From NCBI GenBank assembly GCA_902780465.1, contig CACZFV010000011.1, positions 1 through 48,160 of the forward strand: DNA of 48,160 nt, in the 5' to 3' direction. This DNA comes from an uncultured Lachnospiraceae bacterium. GTDB lineage: Bacteria; Bacillota; Clostridia; Lachnospirales; Lachnospiraceae. This document shows positions 45,923-48,160 of the stretch, one piece after another. Below the pieces are notes generated by a model. The model was not told the DNA's origin, did not search any database, and saw only the letters and a program-made list of their open reading frames with translations. Within the stretch, counting starts at the first letter, position 1. Each line of letters starts with the position of its first letter. The translations under genes were made by a program, and so were the position numbers.

Positions 45923-48157
45923 TCAGAACACCGTACAGCCGCCGGGGTGCGTCTGCCTGGTCCGGAGCAGGGCGGTGTCCGCGTCCTGAAAAACGTCTCC
46001 CTCCGGCTTTTCCCGGTCCGAAAACGCCACACCGACGCTAAGCGATACCGGCTGCAGCACCCCGTCCGTTTCCTGCAGGACCTGGTTCATCTGCGCCACC
46101 TTGTCATAGATCAGTGTATGCATGGCGCCGCTGACTCTTGTCATGATCACGACGAACTCATCCTCTTTCAGGCGGCAGATATCGTCCACCGAGCGGAAAC
46201 TCTTCCGCAGCACATCCGCCACTCTGAGCACCGCCTCGTCCGCGTATTTCCGTCCCTTCTCCTTTTTTAAAAGCGCATAGTCATTGATCTCCGCGATCAT
46301 GACTGCGATGTGGTCCTTGTCTGCGTCGTGGAACAGAATGTCAAATGCCGTGTGATTGTACAGCCCGGTCAGCGGATCGTGCAGCGCGTCATAGGTAAAC
46401 TTGTCACGCAGCCGTCCCGGTCCTTTTCCGCCGCTCTTCTTCTGACTCTCCGCCTCCCGTTCTTTCTTCTCCTTCATGAAGGTCTCAAATTCCCCTGCGG
46501 ACAGAGGCCGGGAGAAATAGTATCCCTGCACGATATCGCAGCCCATGGTCTTCAGGGTCAGCATCTGCTCCGCGGTCTCCACGCCCTCGGCGATGGTCGG
46601 CACTTCCAGGGACTCCGCCAGCTGGATCACCACCTCCAGAAGCCTCGTGTCCTTGCGTTCCCGGAAAGCGTTCCGGATGAACTCCATGTCCAGCTTCAGG
46701 GCGTCAATAGGTAGCGTCGAGATCATGTTCAGGGAAGAGTAGCCCGACCCGAAATCATCCATTTCGATACGGAACCCTTTCTCCCGGAGCTGTTTCACGG
46801 TCCGGATGATCTGGTCAGAATTCTCAGTATACGCGGATTCCGTCACTTCCAGGTAGAACTCCGCGGGAGACAGTCCGTTGCTCTCCATGATCTCCTGCAT
46901 CCGTTCGACAAAGAAGGGATCGTACAGATCGATCCGGGATACATTCACCGATACCGGCACCAGATCCACGCCCCGGTCCTTCCAGTCCTTCATCCTGGCT
47001 GCCGCCTCGCGCCAGATATAATCGTCCAGCTGCCGGATCAGTCCGTTCTGCTCAAAAAGCGGGATGAACACGGCAGGACTCACTGTGCCAAGCTGCGGAT
47101 GCTTCCAGCGCACCAGGGCCTCGGCACTGGTCAGGACGGGCACCTGGGGCCGGATGTTGAATTTCGGCTGGTAGACCACCTCGAACTGCTTCTCACGGAC
47201 AGCCGTCTCAAACCCATCCAGCAGCTGTTCCGCAAAGATCTCCGACTCATGGAGCGAATCGTCATAGATGCCGATGGCCTTCGTGAAGCTGTTTTTCACT
47301 GTATCCGCCGCCAGCTTCGCCCTGTCAAAGCGCCGCTCGATATCGATCGTCTTGTCCACATTGGAATAGACGCCCATGCGGAGACGCACGCGGTTCTCGT
47401 TTCTGCCGTCTCCCCGGAGCGTCACGGAAGCATTCTCCAGGATCTCCGCGTAGTCCCCCCGGTGCGGACAGTAGGCGAGGAAGGTGTCCGCCTCCCTGCG
47501 GCACACGATTCCGCCGGACGCCCCTACGGCCTCCATCAGCTTTTCTCCGATCCGTTTCAGGATCTCGTCGGCATAGTTTTTCCCGTAGCGCTCGTTGATG
47601 ATGTGAAAATGGTTGATGTCGAGGACGATGGCATCCGTGGGCTGGTCCTTGTGATACACGTCGTACTGCGCCGCGTAGCGGTAAAAGTATTCCCGGTTGT
47701 AAAGGCCGGTCAGATGGTCGCGCTCGGTCGAGCGGATGATGTCCCTGTCCTCACAGAGTTCAATGGTCCGGAGCACCCTGGCATGGATCACCTTCGGCTG
47801 GGGATAAGGCTTCGGAATAAAGTCAATGGCACCAAGGGTCAGGCTCTCCACCTCCGCGTCCTTCTCCGCAGTCATCACGATGACCGGGATCCGGGCCGAT
47901 CTGCTGTCCGCCTTCATCTGCTTCAGGACGTCCAGACCGTGCATGTCCGGCAGATTCAGGTCGAGAAGGACCAGGCTGATGGTCTCGCTTCCTTCAGCCA
48001 GCCTGGCAAGGGCCTCCGCCCCCGTTTCCGCTGAAATAATGTCATAAACATCGTCCAGGATGATCTTCAGCATCTCCTGGTTGATCAGTTCATCCTCTAC
48101 GATCAGGATCCGCCTCTTACCGTAGGCGGAATGGAATTCCAGTTGGTTGTCGGGCAT
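45923..48157 (-). CDS. REC-GGDEF(degenerate)-EAL-GGDEF(degenerate) c-di-GMP signalling protein
   Basis: ILIVED...LLDLNLP...KP (receiver); READTF and LKEDEF replace GGDEF; AEALVRW, DDFGSGYSS and AEGVE intact. Confidence 0.9.
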   Translation of the reverse strand: MPDNQLEFHSAYGKRRILIVEDELINQEMLKIILDDVYDIISAETGAEALARLAEGSETISLVLLDLNLPDMHGLDVLKQMKADSRSARIPVIVMTAEKDAEVESLTLGAIDFIPKPYPQPKVIHARVLRTIELCEDRDIIRSTERDHLTGLYNREYFYRYAAQYDVYHKDQPTDAIVLDINHFHIINERYGKNYADEILKRIGEKLMEAVGASGGIVCRREADTFLAYCPHRGDYAEILENASVTLRGDGRNENRVRLRMGVYSNVDKTIDIERRFDRAKLAADTVKNSFTKAIGIYDDSLHESEIFAEQLLDGFETAVREKQFEVVYQPKFNIRPQVPVLTSAEALVRWKHPQLGTVSPAVFIPLFEQNGLIRQLDDYIWREAAARMKDWKDRGVDLVPVSVNVSRIDLYDPFFVERMQEIMESNGLSPAEFYLEVTESAYTENSDQIIRTVKQLREKGFRIEMDDFGSGYSSLNMISTLPIDALKLDMEFIRNAFRERKDTRLLEVVIQLAESLEVPTIAEGVETAEQMLTLKTMGCDIVQGYYFSRPLSAGEFETFMKEKKEREAESQKKSGGKGPGRLRDKFTYDALHDPLTGLYNHTAFDILFHDADKDHIAVMIAEINDYALLKKEKGRKYADEAVLRVADVLRKSFRSVDDICRLKEDEFVVIMTRVSGAMHTLIYDKVAQMNQVLQETDGVLQPVSLSVGVAFSDREKPEGDVFQDADTALLRTRQTHPGGCTVF

Positions 48158-48160
48158 ACT

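Noticed and set aside
7..48034. Long antisense ORFs (for example 7-1389, 4957-6303, 6530-8233, 23924-25750, 37024-38589, 40638-42173, 42886-44559)
   Set aside because: They shadow well-supported genes on the opposite strand, as expected with GC-rich codon bias, and have no recognisable motifs

Overview
GC-rich bacterial chromosomal segment. Gene content (PTS, DegV, BCCT, QueT, ECF sigma factor, many lipoproteins) suggests an anaerobic Bacillota, probably Lachnospiraceae-like (inference). It carries about 45 CDS, one tRNA-Ser(CGA) and a 2.5-kb two-gene mobile element (tyrosine recombinase plus IS91-like HUH/Y2 transposase) next to a chimeric pseudogene. Highlights: (1) a complete BusR-type regulator (GntR wHTH plus RCK_C, a c-di-AMP receptor architecture) fused to an intact choline-kinase domain and translationally coupled to a BCCT transporter; (2) a mannitol-type PTS operon lacking mtlD but encoding a SorE/YggP-like dehydrogenase and 1-phosphofructokinase, suggesting a route through fructose-1-phosphate; (3) intergenic elements built from 35-38 bp units with conserved ends and variable cores, two families spaced at 84-85 bp (about 8 helical turns), one of them present twice with near-identical geometry; (4) a NifX-domain/His-Cys linker/SlyD-type FKBP fusion. 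Product calls come from motif recognition only; no searches were run.
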